Source: Haliotis cracherodii
Taxonomy: Eukaryota
Length of the DNA stretch: 64,000 nt
Direction: 5' to 3'
Assembly (NCBI RefSeq): GCF_022045235.1
Contig: NW_027266265.1
Location: 15,376,001-15,440,000 of the forward strand
The notes beneath the pieces were generated by a model. That model was not told the origin of the DNA and did no database searches. It worked only from the letters and a program-made list of their open reading frames with translations. Below, piece after piece: positions 24,901-37,301 of this stretch. Positions within the stretch are counted from its first letter, which is position 1. Each line of letters begins with the position of its first letter. Position numbers and translations under genes: made by a program.

Positions 24901-25435
24901 CTGCTTACTCAATCTTTCACCTCATTAACCATTCAACCATTCAACCATTAAATAACTCAACTATACCGCGCACTCAGGGCAGCGTGTTAGTCTAGCGGCT
25001 ATAGCGTTCGCTCGATTCCCCACATGGGTACAATGTGTGAGGCCCATTTCTGGACTATTTTACTGAAAGAGGCGTAAAACGGCGGGGCGTCTTTAAGGTT
25101 TTGTCGTGGACATAATGTTATATCACTGTATCGATTCCATACCAAATCATGCTTAATCATGTCATGCTAATATCACAAAACCTTAACGGGACACCACTTG
25201 GATTGAAAGACAGAGTAGATCCCAGGCACCCAACGGATGGCGTGGCTCGTTGCTCACTCTTCCACCCACTGGCCTGTCTGTTCCAAATACGATTACTGAC
25301 GAAGTGATAATTACTGAACGTGACGTGAAACAAATGCAACAGTTAACAGATGACAGTGTCACGACGGTCACGTGATCTAAGACGTGACAGACTTAACATG
25401 GGGTACTCACCCGTTGTGTAGGACTTCTCAGTCAT
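17120..25435 (-). CDS. GSTO: Glutathione S-transferase omega A, intact, 238 aa; exons 25411-25435, 23428-23533, 21647-21866, 19993-20119, 17120-17358
   Basis: All introns GT-AG with consistent phases (25+106+220+127+239=717 nt). Protein [38 protein letters not shown]...[24 protein letters not shown]...[19 protein letters not shown]...KPDYDVGL carries the omega-class MRFCPYA catalytic motif, VP cis-proline, YES motif and a C-terminal D.GL. Confidence 0.95.
17685..18852 (-). mobile_element. 5'-truncated R4/Dong-like RLE non-LTR retrotransposon in GSTO A intron 4
   Basis: GVRGIINVE..., [34 protein letters not shown]....[27 protein letters not shown]; flanked by simple repeats on both sides. Confidence 0.9.
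18857..18906. repeat. (TTG)n microsatellite
   Basis: Directly visible. Confidence 0.95.
19222..19505 (-). mobile_element. SINE family 4 (tRNA-like head with long A-to-B box spacing, family-1-like tail)
   Basis: Minus strand ggtggcccagtcg...gggttcgaatccc, core gattatgtttctaggtttgtcagcaccatacccgtgctc, tail aaaagcggcgtgaaacccaactcactc. Partial copies at ~2490-2650, 21160-21285, 31965-32085 and 40225-40330. Confidence 0.7.
21952..22390 (-). repeat. GSTO A intron 2, distal degenerate exon-2-junction repeat array (about 6 units)
   Basis: Recurrent tatg.tcttatgcgctagaac...ctctcagcat.ggg.cagaac..gtgta.actcact at ~70-bp spacing. Confidence 0.85.
23057..23485 (-). repeat. GSTO A proximal exon-2-junction array: 5 intronic units plus the exon's own copy, period 71-74 bp
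   Basis: Anchor acta(g/a) recurs at 23090, 23161, 23232, 23304, 23378 and 23449. Unit (minus) TGAGGTTCTGCCCCTATGCTGAGAGAACGAGACTAGTTCTTGAACATAAGAACATAGA|GTGAGTATACACT. Confidence 0.95.
23772..23924 (-). mobile_element. SINE family 1 copy with TSD ctcaaggatag
   Basis: TSD at 23761-23771 and 23925-23935. Confidence 0.9.
23985..24143 (+). mobile_element. SINE family 1 copy with TSD atacttccg
   Basis: TSD at 23976-23984 and 24144-24152. Confidence 0.9.
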
Positions 25436-25450
25436 GGCGATGTTGTGTGT

Positions 25451-25518
25451 GAATGAATTCAACTCAGTCCCTTGAGCATATACTGAGAAATCAGAATGCC
25501 TGTCACCGTGACTAAGCA
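25451..25518 (-). promoter_or_regulatory. Putative GSTO A core promoter: Inr-like TCATTC, TATA-like element at -28, ARE GTGACTAAGCA (25508-25518)
   Basis: Same motifs at near-identical spacing in the B promoter; the ARE fits RTGACnnnGCA. Confidence 0.55.
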
Positions 25519-26004
25519 CAATTAATCGTCGTTGTACGCTCCCGGAATGTTCTATATCTGCGCTTTATAACGCAGTGGCCGACTGAATGTGCACAACACC
25601 TCTCTCAAGGCCGCTCATGCTGATATCGTGTCTTTGTTTACAAAGTTTAAACGGACGCTGACTATGAAACTATGCGACCCCGTTACCGGACAATTGGGTT
25701 ACTACTGATAAAGCTTAAGTGTGTCTGCTTCAGTGAGCTTGTGAAGATTGTGAAATTCACGAATGCCTAGCGTTTACATGAACTCACTGACCAAAACGGG
25801 TTTTTTAAATGAAATTACTGTTTCATGAAATCATCAGTTCCAAAATCTTACACTCTTCAAAATAAAGAAACGCACAGGTAGATTTTTAGTAAATTTATTG
25901 TACCTAATAAAGTCAATATATTTAATTCAATATCACAGATACAAATATGAAATTTTGGAGCTCGATCACATGTTGTCTCTGTACAAAGGCATTGAAACTG
26001 TTCA

Positions 26005-26785
26005 TTGTCATGTCACATGTATGGGTCAGAAATATGGGCATTCCATAAAATGAGAGAAGTTGAGAAAGTTAATTTATATGCGTGTAAATGGTTATTGAAT
26101 GTTAATAAATGTACATCAAGTAGCGCTGTAATGGGTGAATGTGGCAGATTCCCTTTACATATCAATGCAATGATGAGAGCTTTTAGATATTGGCTACGTT
26201 TAATGTGTATGCCGGGTACCCGCTTACCTAAAAAGTGTTATGAAATGATGTATTTGTACGATAGTCAAGGAAGGAAGAATTGGGTTACTAATATTAGAAC
26301 AACGTTATTTTCACTCGGATTCGGTCATGTTTGGTTATCACAATCACCCGGTAACGTACAGGTATTTACTTCGATGTTATTTCAACGTTTGAAAGATAAT
26401 TTTCAACAAATATAGCATAGAAGTTTATGTTATAGTTCCAAAATGTCCTTCTATTCTCATTTTAAATTAACGTTGAAGTGTGAAGAATATTTGTATTGTG
26501 TAACCGTGAGTAAATTCCGGTCATGTATGTCAAGGTTTAGATGCAGTGCTGGAAAAAGAAACTGGTAGAAAACTTGATATCCCTTGTGAAGAAAGATTTT
26601 GCAAACTATGTCAAGTTGGCCTAATAGAAGACAAGTTTCATTACCTGCTAGTGTGCCTTGCATATAATCACCTACGTCATCTCTATATTCCTTCAAAATA
26701 TTGTCTACTCCCAAATGTCCATAAGTTTAATATTCTTTTATCTACAACCAACACAAAGCTGATTATTAATATCGCTAAATATATG
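26005..26785 (+). mobile_element. Non-LTR retrotransposon 3' fragment (post-RT region and CCHC)
   Basis: YGSEIWAF...VMGECGRFPL...YWLRL...NWVTNIR..L.SLGFGHVW and ETGR....EERFCKLC...IEDKFHYLLVC; interrupted by a stop and a frameshift. Confidence 0.85.
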
Positions 26786-28532
26786 TGAATGAATTCAACT
26801 CAGACTCTTTTGAATGTACTCAGAAATCACAATGCATGTTACGATGACTAAGTACAATTAATCGTTGCTGTACGCCACTGGAATATTCTTTGTCCACTGA
26901 ATGTTCACTGAATGTCCACTGAAGGTCTCTCGGGGCCGCTCCAGCAGTCATCGCTATCACTTCATTGTTTAAACAACCTTGATATGTAAAGTCCATTTTG
27001 CATTGGACATACGTTGACTATATAACGATGTTAAATACTCCTTACCGGACGATTACTACCAGTAACCAGTACCATATAAGTGTACATATGTCACAGTAAG
27101 AAATCATTGTAAAAATAGGCATTTCATGAAATCCCTAAGCATTTCAGTAATCTCATGACATCTATGAATATCTTACATACTTAAATGAAATTACTGAAAT
27201 GTTGCACGAAATACCTAGTTTCACAATCGTACTGTAACATATACAACGTAACGTTACACTGTGGACGTGGTTCGTTATTCCGCACATTTGCTAATCGGGA
27301 CGATTTCAGTGGCGCCACTACCGTCCGGATTACCGGGGTTTCCTTGTATGTATATGTTTCCCTTATGGTATAATAGCAGAGCGGAAAAACATTAACTTCC
27401 GCTATGAATTGCCACCTCAATCCCGACTATACTATTCAAAGTGAAAGTGTGCAAACTTTATTGCCATGGAATAAAAAATCCATGTCGAATAAAAAGATAT
27501 TAATGTTTTATAGGTGAGTCGTTTGATTTCTTTCAATGACACAGGGTTTAGTCTTGAAGGAAGAGCAGCCCACCTTTCAAATGAATGGTATCATTTGACC
27601 TTCGTTTTTGTTGTGACCAGGCTGCGGTGGCGTTTTTGGGAAGCCGGATATACACTAAATAATACACCAGTAATGAACAATATGCAAAGTTTGGTGCTTT
27701 ATATGCTCAAGCATATTTTTATAAAATCATTGTAATTTAAAACTTAACATAAAACAGGCATTGGAAGTGTGATCGCCGGCAACTTCGTAAGACAATGTGA
27801 AGTGGGCACCCCTAAAGAAAATTAAGCAAGCATCCCAAGGTTTTGTCCTACATTGCACGTCACCGCTCATTGTGACGTAGCAATTATGACGTCACATTCG
27901 GTAATAGCAAAGCTATATTTTCAGCTGTATGTGGACCCCAAACTTTGTAATAACCCCCTTAGCCGATTTCTATCTTTTTATCTGCCCAAAATGTATTGCC
28001 ACACATAGTTGGAATATTGCAGTAATCATTGATAAGCGCCACATTTTCAGCTCCACCTGGACCCTAAACTTTGAAATACCCCCCTCAGACGATTTTTAGC
28101 TTATTGTCTGCCCATATGTTTTAAATGTATTGCCACACATAGTTGGAATATTGCAGTAACAACAGCTTAGCATTTTGTAACTTACTGACAGTGACGCGAC
28201 ATGGGCACAATGTGTGAAGCCCATTTCTGGTGTCCCCCGCCGTGATATTGCTGGAATATTGCTAAAAGCGGCGTAAAACCATTCTCACTCGCTCACTCAC
28301 TGACAATGACGAAGAAAGAAGTAATTGTCTATAAAACAATCACCAATTCACTCTAGTATGGCAATACCTAGCAGTATCGTTACCCACAACGTAATCCTTC
28401 CTCATTGTTTCTGGTAACAAATGAATAAGATAAACCAATACCAAGGGTTTTTTTATGATCAAGGTTTATTATTTGATAATATTGAAACAGTACAAGTGCA
28501 TAATTTCATATTTTGATTACGCAAACAACAAG

Positions 28533-28875
28533 GTGAGGGGAGATGAAATTGGGTTTAACGTCGCGTCGAAGATTATTGTACTCCTATAGCGACGTGCATG
28601 CACATCGAGCTGCTTGTACCAGTCTGGACTGATGCCGATTTATAGAGCTAGTTCACTGAGATACCATGCCGCAGTTTAACACAAATACCCCACTCAGACA
28701 CAGAAAACTGACTCCGAGCCGACCAGTCCTTGTTTTAGCCCTTTGATGCCAAGCGCCAGACAGGGGAACAACAAGCACCATCTCTTAAAGTCTTTGGTTT
28801 GACGCGGCCAGGGATCGAGCCCCAGACCTTCCTCTCTCCAGGCGGACGCTCTTCAACTAGACCACGGAGGCTGTC
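28533..28875 (-). mobile_element. SINE family 2 copy
   Basis: Reverse complement of the family 2 consensus. Confidence 0.85.
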
Positions 28876-28980
28876 TGCAAACAACGCTCCTATTTTGGCG
28901 GATGAATGTCATCTCATATGCAAACCTACATACACATGTACAAGAGCTCGCAGTATCAGGAGTACATGTCCTTGAGATTA

Positions 28981-29160
28981 GTGAGTGAGCGAGCGAGTGA
29001 GTATGGTTCTACGCCGCCTTTAGCAATATTCCAGGAATATCACGGCGGTGGACACCAGAAATGGGCTTCCACATTGTACCCCATGTGCCCATGTGGGCAA
29101 TCGAACCCGGGCCTCTGGTGACGAGCGAACGCTTCAACCACCAGGCTACCCCACCGCCCA
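28981..29160 (-). mobile_element. SINE family 1 copy
   Basis: Reverse complement of the family 1 consensus. Confidence 0.85.
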
Positions 29161-29549
29161 CCTTGAGAGTAAGTTGAAGATGTCACTGAATGGACCCAAG
29201 ATCCTCGTACGAGTTTCGAATCCGACAGAGACAGTTTTAATAAACGCATGACCCTGAAAGTATTCGTTTTACAACTAGCACTAGTTCCAACGTCTGTTAA
29301 TGTCTTTGTTTAAGGATATCATCAGCGTGTTATTGTTTTACAACGCTTTCAGTTGAGAATGTGAGACAACTTTGATAGTGAAGTTTAAAGTAAGCAAAAC
29401 AAAACAATGAAACCCTGCAAGTCCGAACATCTGCTAGCTATAAGTTCACATTCTTTTAAGGCACATACGCATTTATGTTTGAACTACACAGATACAATAG
29501 CTATATTGTGTGGTCATCGCAGAATTCTGCGAATATGCAGATGCAAAAT

Positions 29550-32500
29550 TCAAAGTCCGAAGTCATAGTCTGGTTTTCCAGCTTTAGATGTTTCTATGAA
29601 ATGGACGTGAGCCGGTGTGTCCCAGCGACATTTCTGCACGGCAGGCACCTTGCCCATGTTTTCAATCCACTTCGTAAACTTGGGGTACCGATCAGCTGTC
29701 ACCCTTGCTTCCTTCACTAACTGGGCCATAGCGTCAAACCTTTCAGTGAGAGGCCAGATCATGAGGTCAACCATCTGAACTGAGCTGCCTGAAATGTAAA
29801 CATATAGATGATACTGAGAGGGACAATTCGGACTGTTTGCAACAGATGTTTACGCATATTCATGCACCACGGGTGCATCTTCGGGGGGATTGTGGGTGTG
29901 GGAGGGAAAGCTGTCATGGAGTTTGATGTTGACATAGATATTGCTACTAGATCGACTTTTGAGTTATATCTGAGCAAATGAAGCGATAGGTAGCATTGGA
30001 GAGATAGTGTTCGAATTTGGACTGGCGACGTTTTGAATGTGTGCAGCGTAAATGAATAGATAAAGTTGAAACTGATACAAATCCTTTAAATAACAAACAT
30101 TAACCCTCCACGAGCTGGAGCTTGCGATAAAATGCGCCGTGGCTTGGAGTATTTAGTAAATATCTAATGACACCGCTGGGCTTTTTCACTGATATTGAAT
30201 CACATATCAACAAATGAAGCAAAAGGTTGAGGATCGATATCGTGTTCGGAACGCCGATGTTTGTATTTGGCGGCGTCAATAACTAAATAAAGCTGAAACT
30301 GACCCGTCATGTGGCTGGAATATTGCCGAGTGCGGCGTTAAACAACAAATAAACAACATAAACTGGCGGTTACTAAATAATGTGCCGTAGCAGGCTGTAA
30401 ATAGATATTGAATACTCAACATCACCGGGCTTATTCAATGATCTCAAGTGTAGAGATGATAGATCACTGAGAGAATCTTATGTACACCAGGTAACCCCCT
30501 CTACTTTGTTGCTAGGCTACCGTCACAGGGCCAAAAATTAATTTCTTTCAAAATTATCTCATGCCATTTAGAATATCAAATGTACTGTCCTCTACGTCGA
30601 AGTTGATGTTGCATTTCGAATTAACGTGGTGGATGACAGTCCATGTGATCCTTTTATAGCTAAAGTCATATCACCATTTCTAAGCCAAATAGTATTTCTT
30701 GAACAATATGGGAAAAAATATTCTTACCACCAAAGAACGGGGTCCCTCTCTCTGCAAGAGCCTTCTCCACTGGATCAAGAGCATCATGGAATTCCTTGAT
30801 AGCATCCTTTGGGACATCTTTGCCATAAGTTGTCTTGAAAAAAGGGCCCATTACCTGAAATTATTAACAGTAGTATGCTAGTTGGTGACACAGGATGCCG
30901 AGTCGTCAAAGATTCGTAAATGGCTGCCAATCTTAGTCGTTCTTGGATACGCTGATAGCTGATTCAAATCCCTAATGCATACTTTTCTATGATCCCTGAT
31001 TTGCAACGCCCATGGCCTTGCTCGTCAATTTCAACAAATTGGTACTTATCTGGGACTGGCATCACTATAGGATTTCCTCCCATATTAATCTGGCACACCG
31101 TGAAAAAATTGAAACACTGTTCAAAGCTCCAGGAAAACCCAACTCACTCACTCACTACTTTCTTTTAAGGAAAATACTATTATGTGACAATACGAATATT
31201 ATTTTGGTAAGTGAAAGAGTTTAGATAATATACATTTATTTTATAGTCACCAATATATATCATTGCTTAGTACAAGAAGACCACACTCGGATCAACTCGG
31301 CTTATTCCGCAACCTAAATTATACCTCGGGCAGCAACAATATAATGAACATACTTTACTTCGGTATACCAGTGAGGTCTTGGGGCACCTCAACAGAAGGT
31401 CAAGTCAGGTGAACTTTTTAATCAACCAATCAACGTCGATGCTTCTAAATTCTCGATACGAATGAACAAAGCATTCAAGACAACATGTTTGATTTTTTTT
31501 GTTTCTCGAAATCGAACTAAACGACCACTTCCGAATGTTGATCATTCACATTCATTGTTGATCATTAAGTATTTTATACATCCTGTTTCCCTGCCGTGGT
31601 ATCTGTATATCGATGGATTATCTGTGTTCTGTGTTCCGTGTACAATTCGAAATTACCAAATCGAGGAAGTAATTAAATGTAACCGAATGGTTTTGGAAAA
31701 CGAAACTTCTGACTGGCTCAAGAGCTCACGCATTATTCATTTAGACTGGTCCGTCAAAGTTCGCTCAGGGTTCGCCGACAGCAATGGAGTGATGATATTG
31801 CATGAAATTACCGTAAACCTCCCAATATGGATTCCTGCCAAGTACTGACCCAAGGCCAATTAGACTGAGTCGAGCAGAGTGAAAACACCATACAGTATTT
31901 GAGGAGTTTATAAAATATCATCACGGACCTGATAACGCAGCATAGATTTGGAACCACCAACAAGGTTACGGTGATGACCAACGAAGATTCATAGCCATGG
32001 GAACCTAGGATTCGAACCAAAGATCGTCGGATTCTAAGGCACGGAGCTCTACACAGCTAAGGTACCTTAGACGACAAGGTCATGCGTGTTCTCGGTGATA
32101 TACTTAAAAGACGTGCCACATGAACTTAAAAACTATAACTTAAAGCATTTAATGTTTCTTATTTCAATGTGATTCCGAACTGACTTGTAGTCTTTAGGGG
32201 ATTCTTTCATTAATTCGAATGGTAGTACTTCAGCGTACAGTGCACTGCTTGTGTTTTTCATTAGTAGACGACAGTGTTACCTTTGAAAACAGTTCCACAA
32301 GGATCCTGTCCCGTGCTCTCCTGTACGGGTCCGAGGGGGTCAGTTTGTTGTTTGGGTACACTTCATCCAGGTAGTCAGCGCAGACTAGAGACTCATAGAG
32401 CACCTTGTCGTCTTGTTCTAAGATGGGAACAGCGCCGTTGGGATTCCTGTCCAGGAACCAAGATGGCTTCTGCTTCAAATCAATATTCACGGTCTCGTGT

Positions 32501-35500
32501 CTGTTGAAAAAACAAATATATTTTTTTAACAATATTCATCATAAATACAATGTCAAAATGTTTTTTTTAGAAAATAGAATACAACATGTTCTTATGCGCT
32601 GGAACTAGTCTCGCTCCGAACAGCTTGTGTATACTCAACGTTCTTTTGAGCTAAAGCTGAAGTCGTTCCCACCGCACCGGGGAAGACCGTCTGGTGTAAA
32701 CTCACTCTATGTTCTTTGGAGCTAACATTAGTCGGTTGTCTCTCATTCTGCCTACAGTTTATAATACACAATATACGTTTTATTAGGGTATTAGTTTCAC
32801 ATGACTGAATGCTTTCTGAATACCTGTCTTCCATTTCTCATCATAGATTAATCCTTTCAACACAAAGACCACTAAATAAAGAAATGTGAATACATGTCAA
32901 CCTGTCTTGCCTCATAACATGCAATGAGAACTGACTTCTAGTGCAAAACATTTCACCAAACCATAGTCAGAACGGCCAAGGGCATTCTATCTCTAAAAAT
33001 AGAAAAATCTAATCATATCAATACGATAATAGAAATGTTATCAATACATATTTGAATTTTGACTTGGCTTATTTATGCTAAGATTAAATGAATGGATATA
33101 AGTGTACTTGTGATGTGATATTATGTATATGATAATGATGTTATGTTGTCATAAATGCAATATGATGAATTGTAGATGTTGACATAAATGAATATCAATG
33201 TATGATTGCTTAAAAAAATGATGTTATATCAGAAACGATAAAGATATGAATACTTAAGGATTTAAGTTGTATTTGTTGACGTTCATCAGCTGATGAGGAT
33301 AGTTCCTCGCGTGAGCAAATTCCATGATGAACGTCAACAAATACAACTTCAATACTTATATTGACAAATACATATATCATAACAAAACTATCCATTAAAC
33401 ATCAAACTTTCATTATTTGAAGCGAACTATATCAACGCGGAGAGTCGTGACGTCATCCGTCCGAAACATTCCATGTGGAGCGGCTACGGCAATGTCATCC
33501 ACTTGAAAAGAGCACCCAGAAAAAGTTAGCGTTGGAAAGAAATCCAGACCCGGCTGATGCTGAAAATGGATTGATATTAACGTTCTGTGAACTTTGAGTG
33601 TGTTTGAGTCATACTACGGCTGCTGATGACGGGAATTACCGCTTGAGGCGATGCGGTTGGATTTCCCGAAGCAATACACGACAGTGTGAAGCTCAGTGAT
33701 TTCTTTTGGTAACAGACACCCTTTTGTGTACTTACTTAATGTTCTTATGCACTGGAACTCATCTCGCTCTCTCAGCATAGGAGCAGAACATGTAGTGTAT
33801 TCTTACTTAATGTTCTAATGCGCTGGAACTCATCTCGCTCTCTGAGCATAGGGGCAGAACATACAGTGTATACTTACTTTATGTTCTTAAGCGCTGGAAC
33901 TCGCTCTCTCAGAGTAGGAACAGAACCTCTAGTGTATACTAGTATTTACTCCATGTTCTTATGCGCTAGAACTAATCTTGCTCACACAACATAGGTACAG
34001 AAAATCTAGTTTACACTCACTCTATGTTCTTATGCGCTAGAACTTATCCTGCTCACTCAACATAGGTACAGAAAATCTAGTTTATACTCACTCTATGTTC
34101 TTATGCGCTAGAACTAGTCTTGCTCTCTCAGCAAATGGGCAGAACCTCATGCTGTAGATCCTCATTTTGCCCGGGGTGAGCGCCGGGAAGGCAGACGCTA
34201 AAACCAAAACAAATTGATCGATTTATCGCCATGGAAATGTCATCTAGTCGTGAATCATACCAATCAAAAAGTCATCGGGTACGATGAAACACAAGGGCAG
34301 CCAGGTGACAGGATAGAGTTGGTCTTTTCAGAAGAAGGCCACCCTCATGCTTGTCTATGCTCAGCGGACATCAGACCCCAGTTTGCCCTTTGACCTTGAC
34401 GCATATACAGATATCCGTTCAAGAATCTCAATGATGCATGTAGACATTAGTCACACATGATATTTAGTCACACATGATATTTAGTCAAAACAATGACATT
34501 TTTTACTTTTTATTGCATGGTTAATGTACCCGCTGACCCTACATGTCAGGAATGGGTTTAAGTTATTTTGGAAACGCCGAACCTGATAAATACATTCATG
34601 AATAAAACATAAGTAATTATTTCCCTGCCTCACGCAGACAAGTGGTATGTGTTTCATTACCCGACATTTTCCGCTCAAATATTTCTCACAGCGTCACTAG
34701 TACTACACAGATTGTTTCCTTTGTTCACATGTAAACGCGAAACATTTTTGACATTCCTGTCACGTTTCACAAAACAATGCTGAACAGAAAATATAGAATT
34801 TGAAATTATTCTCATACTAATTACCCTTTATTGCAACAAGAGCTGAAAAATAATGGGAGAGTGAAATGTTATTTTCCTTGTTATAGTGATGAGAAAATGT
34901 TTTGAGAAAAATATACCGTAAATGAACCTTATATGTACCTTACGATGACACAAAGACGACCCACAATACACAGAACATGCACAAAGTCTCATAAAAACTT
35001 TGTGATTCACAGAATTTAGTGATCTGTACCCCAGCATAAAGTAATATAGTTCACGTTTGAGTTTACGCCGTATTTACCAATCTTTCAACAATATCGCGGC
35101 GGGGGGACAACAGAAATGGGCTTCACACATTATACCCATGTTTGGAATCGAACACGGACTTTTGTTTGACAAGTAAACGCTTTAACCCCACCGCTTCAGT
35201 TTCTGTTTGAACGTTTCTTTGACACAACACAATAATATTACTCAATACATGAATTTTATATGGTTTTAAGCCCGGTTAAACGAGTACGTCACGATCTGTG
35301 AGCTAAATGTGGATGGAATGCCGAGATTTGGACTCAACTCACGTCAAGCAAATCCTAGAAACAAAGGGACGCAACCCTGCACAACATTCGGATCCAAGAT
35401 CCCTCACTTAAATAATCATCTGGCCCATCTATGAGCGTGTATATATTTCACTTGAGAAATTGTTTAGTTAATGTTGTTTATTTTTGCTGATACGTCTTGT

Positions 35501-35782
35501 TGCATTACGGCTGTACCCCTGAATTAAGACGTGCATACGAATATCATGTAACGCTAATGCGTCGTACACAGGACACGCTTGATCGTGTTTGCACCAGCGA
35601 CATGCTACAACATGGCGACGTGAACAAGTATTCATCGAATTAGACGTGATAAACAAGGACATATATGTGTGTCCTACACCAACAGTATACAAATGGTGGC
35701 AGTGTCATGACGGTCACGTGAACTAAGACGTGACATATTGAAAAAAAGGGTACTCACTCGTTGTGTAGGCCTTCTCAGTCAT
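29550..35782 (-). CDS. GSTO: Glutathione S-transferase omega B, intact, 238 aa; exons 35758-35782, 34092-34197, 32281-32500, 30728-30854, 29550-29788
   Basis: Exon sizes and phases identical to A, all GT-AG. Protein [43 protein letters not shown]...[18 protein letters not shown]...[12 protein letters not shown]...[14 protein letters not shown]...KPDYDFGL. Confidence 0.95.
32585..32750 (-). repeat. GSTO B intron 2, distal exon-2-junction repeats (2-3 degenerate units)
   Basis: catgttcttatgcgctggaactagtctcgctc...gtgtatactca...gtgtaaactcactctatgttct. Confidence 0.8.
33725..34150 (-). repeat. GSTO B proximal exon-2-junction array: 5 intronic units plus the exon copy
   Basis: Recurrent atgttcttatgcgct(a/g)gaact...cagcatagg..cagaa...gtgtatact(t/c)ac at ~65-77-bp spacing. 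Confidence 0.9.
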
Positions 35783-35797
35783 GGCGATGCTGTGGCT

Positions 35798-35865
35798 GAA
35801 TGAATACAACCCACTTCCTGTTGTATATACAGAGAAATCGGAATGCCTGTCACGATGACGAAGCA
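35798..35865 (-). promoter_or_regulatory. Putative GSTO B core promoter: Inr-like TCATTC, TATATA at -28, ARE ATGACGAAGCA (35855-35865)
   Basis: Positionally conserved with the A promoter. Confidence 0.55.
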
Positions 35866-36044
35866 CAATTTATCGATGCTGTACGCCACTGGAATATTCC
35901 TTGTCTGCGCTTTGCATCGCGGAACAGTAGCTATTACTGAATGTCCACTACATCTCTCCTAAGGCCGACAGCTGTGGGATATATAAACACAACGGGCTAC
36001 TGTTTACACATCCAGGTCAGCTTGATCTTTCCTCAGCTATATTT

Positions 36045-36400
36045 GACCGCCTCCGTGGTCTAGTGGTAGAGCGTCCGCCCGGAGAGCGGAAGGTCCGGGG
36101 TTCGATCTCCGGTTGCGTCATACCAAAAGACGTTAAAAGATGGTACTTGTTGTTACCCTGTCTGGCGCTCGGCATTAAGGGGCTAACACAAGAGTTGGTC
36201 GGCTCGGAGTCAGTATACTGTGCCTGAGTGGGGTATTCATGTTAAACTTCAGCATGGTATCTCAGAGAGCAAGCACTATAATTTGGCATCAGTCCGGTCC
36301 AGTACAAGCAGCCACACACACACACACACGCACACGCACACGCACACGCACACGCACACACACACACACGTGCATGCACGTCGCTATATAAGTGCAATAT
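36045..36400 (+). mobile_element. SINE family 2 copy with expanded internal (CA)n
   Basis: Head gaccgcctccgtggtctagtggtagagcgtccgcccggagagcggaaggtccggggttcgat contains A and B boxes. Confidence 0.9.
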
Positions 36401-37173
36401 ACTTATACAATTAGTAAAAAACATGTTTCCTTTGGTTTTTTATTCTCTTCTTTTCAATTTCGCCCGCCCGCTTCTCTTGCTGAGTAAGGTTGGAGATGAG
36501 AAACACATACAAAAATGGATGGCCTACACTGCAACTGAGGCTTTCCCTTTATGTGCTTCACTTGTGGTATGGCAAGCCCGGAAAATAACAGGCGTTATAT
36601 AGTGAAACTTGTTTAATCCGGACAGTACAGTTCATAGTGCAAAAGTGCAGTTTAATTAAGGGAGCAGTATATACATTCCAGGTAAATATTAACTCGAAAC
36701 TGTTTCAGACATACCTCCCACACGACTCGTGAAACCGTATTTGTGAACACGTTGATATGCTCAAGCAAAAAAGAGGAGATTTCAACCCAAAAAACTCAAA
36801 TTATAATATTTTGTGAGGTATATGAGACAAAAATAGTTCGGAACATGACGAGCATGGGAGTTTTTGATCTTGCACAATCCTTTTTTTTTGTATTTCATCT
36901 CGTTTACAACTAAACTGACGGACAAATGAAAGTATACACCCATATTTGATGATGGCAAAAATGAAATAAACAAGAAATGGTTATTTGACGGTGTTGATTT
37001 GATACCGGTATCATAGTTGTGTTTTGGACATAGTTTTTGTTGTTTCGGCGACTGGTTTCAGCCCAGTGAAAGTTTCATAACGTTTGTAATTCTTTCGTCA
37101 AATCTAATATTAAGGTGTGTACTTTCTTTTCCACAGCATTTCTTTGATAGGCATTTAAAAGTTGGAGTACTAA

Positions 37174-37301
37174 GTAAGGATAAGAATTTATGGATGAACA
37201 ACTTCTTTATTACAATTAAGATAACGGTGTTAGAACCTACACGGAAACGTCGCTCTTAATTGTAATAAAGAAGTTGTTCATCCATAAATTCTTATCCTTA
37301 C
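37174..37301. repeat. Perfect 48-bp-arm palindrome, Penelope-like terminal remnant
   Basis: gtaaggataagaatttatggatgaacaacttctttattacaattaaga...tcttaattgtaataaagaagttgttcatccataaattcttatccttac; a half-copy lies at ~21515-21610. Confidence 0.7.

Noticed and set aside
25358-25390. E-box GTCACGTGA in intron 1 of both intact GSTO genes (also 35713)
   Set aside because: The surrounding paralogous sequence is similarly conserved, so there is no evidence of specific constraint.
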